Below are positions 62,800 through 64,000 of a DNA stretch of 64,000 bases, piece by piece. Under the pieces are notes generated by a model. It did not search any database. It worked only from the letters and a program-made list of their open reading frames with translations, and was not told where the DNA came from. The first letter of the stretch is position 1, and each line of letters begins with the position of its first letter. Origin of the DNA: a virus (taxonomy: Duplodnaviria > Caudoviricetes); the IMG/VR virus record IMGVR_UViG_3300034161_000018, positions 210,897-274,896 of that record. The stretch is one strand, 5' to 3'. The position numbers and the translations under genes were made by a program.

Positions 62800-63352
62800 A
62801 CGCAACGATTCCGTAGGCGCCGGTGATTGGCGGAATGTACAGGGTGTTGTCGAACGCGCCGAGTTTGGCTTCGGCTTCGTGTTTGCCTTTGCCGTAATAT
62901 AGTTGCTGGCCTGCAACCGTGAGATAAATTTCTTCGCGACCGAGCGTATCGCAAAGACGTTCGGCGTCAATCACTGCCGTGCGCGGGTTGGAATACGGCA
63001 AGTCATTGACCGCGCCGGAATACAGGAAGTCGTAAATGATTTGACCTTGCAGAATCAAAGTTTGGAACACAACCAACGGCGTATCGGTAGTTGCGTTTTG
63101 AGAAAACTGCGCAGCACCTTCGGCCCCGAGCTTCGCATGAATGATGGAAACAGGCGGCGTGCGCTGTGTGTAAAAGATTGCGTCAACCAATTGCAGCATG
63201 CCGAGCAGTTCGGAACTGTCTTCGGTTTTCGCATTCGGATCAATGATTGCGAAATACGGACTTCCCGCACTTTGCGCTCTCGCAGTAGCGAGCCATTGTT
63301 GAGCTTCGTCGGTAGCGCTTTGGCGCAGCAAACCTTCAATCATTTCCATCAT
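62792..63352 (-). CDS. Hypothetical protein, paralog of 62197-62799
   Basis: C-terminus FDNTLYIPPITGAYG. AAGGA RBS upstream. Confidence 0.72.
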   Translation of the reverse strand: MMEMIEGLLRQSATDEAQQWLATARAQSAGSPYFAIIDPNAKTEDSSELLGMLQLVDAIFYTQRTPPVSIIHAKLGAEGAAQFSQNATTDTPLVVFQTLILQGQIIYDFLYSGAVNDLPYSNPRTAVIDAERLCDTLGREEIYLTVAGQQLYYGKGKHEAEAKLGAFDNTLYIPPITGAYGIVAYV

Positions 63353-63366
63353 CCTTTTGAAATCAT

Positions 63367-63401
63367 AAAAAAGCCGCTAAGGCACAAACACTTTAGCGGC
63401 T
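63367..63401 (-). terminator. Intrinsic terminator
   Basis: On the minus strand: AGCCGCTAAAG-tgtttgtgc-CTTAGCGGCT followed by TTTTT. Confidence 0.75.
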
Positions 63402-63407
63402 CTGGTG

Positions 63408-63977
63408 TTACAAAGTGTAGATCAGTTCGCGAGTGCTGATTGGATGAACGCGAATCGCGATTACGCGAACCAGATCATCGGCAGCTTCTTGAAAACGACC
63501 GGCAGCGCAGCGAGCGTACAGCGCGACATTTGCAGGAACGGATTCAGGATCGGCGTAGGCAATATCGGAATCTTCTGCCACGCCGTAGGAAACAGGAACG
63601 GTAACGAGCAGGCCGCGCTTTTTGTCTTCCAGTTCCGGCGATTGTTTGTCGTTGGTGTCGTTCACAACCAGCGTCAAAGTTTCGCTCAGGGTTTGCGGAA
63701 TTTCCATCAGGCGACGTTGCACCAAACGCATGGCGCCGGTTTCGACTTTCAGGTTCGGCACGTAGTCGAGGGTGATTTCAAAGATTTGCAGCGACGGGCT
63801 TTCGTCGGCGGGACTGGACATTCCCATTTCAATAACGTCGTCCATCACGTCGTTGGTTGGAATGCGTTGCGGACGTTTCAGACCTTCCACGTTGATTGGG
63901 TCTTTCGCTTTCAGCGTGGTGATGCCGCCGCGAGTGCGAGCCGAAGTATCAACGTCTGGTTTCTTCTTTGCAGCCAT
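63408..63977 (-). CDS. Hypothetical protein
   Basis: 189 aa, ATG start, basic N-terminus, followed by a terminator. Confidence 0.7.
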   Translation of the reverse strand: MAAKKKPDVDTSARTRGGITTLKAKDPINVEGLKRPQRIPTNDVMDDVIEMGMSSPADESPSLQIFEITLDYVPNLKVETGAMRLVQRRLMEIPQTLSETLTLVVNDTNDKQSPELEDKKRGLLVTVPVSYGVAEDSDIAYADPESVPANVALYARCAAGRFQEAADDLVRVIAIRVHPISTRELIYTL

Positions 63978-64000
63978 TTTCAGAGTTCCTTACTACTGAT

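Noticed and set aside
1-64000. tRNA genes, integrase, transposase, introns or homing endonucleases
   Set aside because: I noticed no cloverleaf or T-loop motifs and no catalytic signatures. The scan was by eye, so short elements could be missed.

Overview
This window looks like part of a jumbo myophage (contractile-tail) genome, not a bacterial chromosome. Minus-strand blocks of small, probably early/middle genes sit at both ends. The left block (380-5430) holds a LysM protein, a lipoprotein and thymidylate synthase. The right block (57166-63977) holds DHFR, an RNA ligase, a P-loop protein and a paralog pair. Between them is a ~51.6 kb plus-strand late region (5483-57106) with four parts: (1) baseplate genes (PAAR, gp25-like, gp6/J-like, Ig-repeat gp7-like); (2) a very large fibre/appendage cluster (four collagen-like proteins, two giant Cys-rich repeat proteins, Calx-beta/PA14/LamG/discoidin modules, several paralog families); (3) a probable lysis cassette; (4) six adjacent genes for unrelated folds (two ADP-ribosyltransferase-like, a GNAT, a zincin protease, two unknown) that begin with a shared K-V-x-L-S-L-A/S-type leader. 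That leader cassette is the most interesting signal. I infer it is a capsid-targeting or processing tag on co-injected host-takeover enzymes. Other signals: a recurrent TAATTTAA(C) motif upstream of late genes, inverted twin terminators 57 kb apart, and a 13-nt match to the 16S rRNA 3' end in an intergenic region. Family assignments come from motif recognition by eye and from memory, with no database searches. Several starts were moved from the ORF track using RBS and gene-overlap logic. I saw no tRNA, rRNA, CRISPR array, integrase or transposase.
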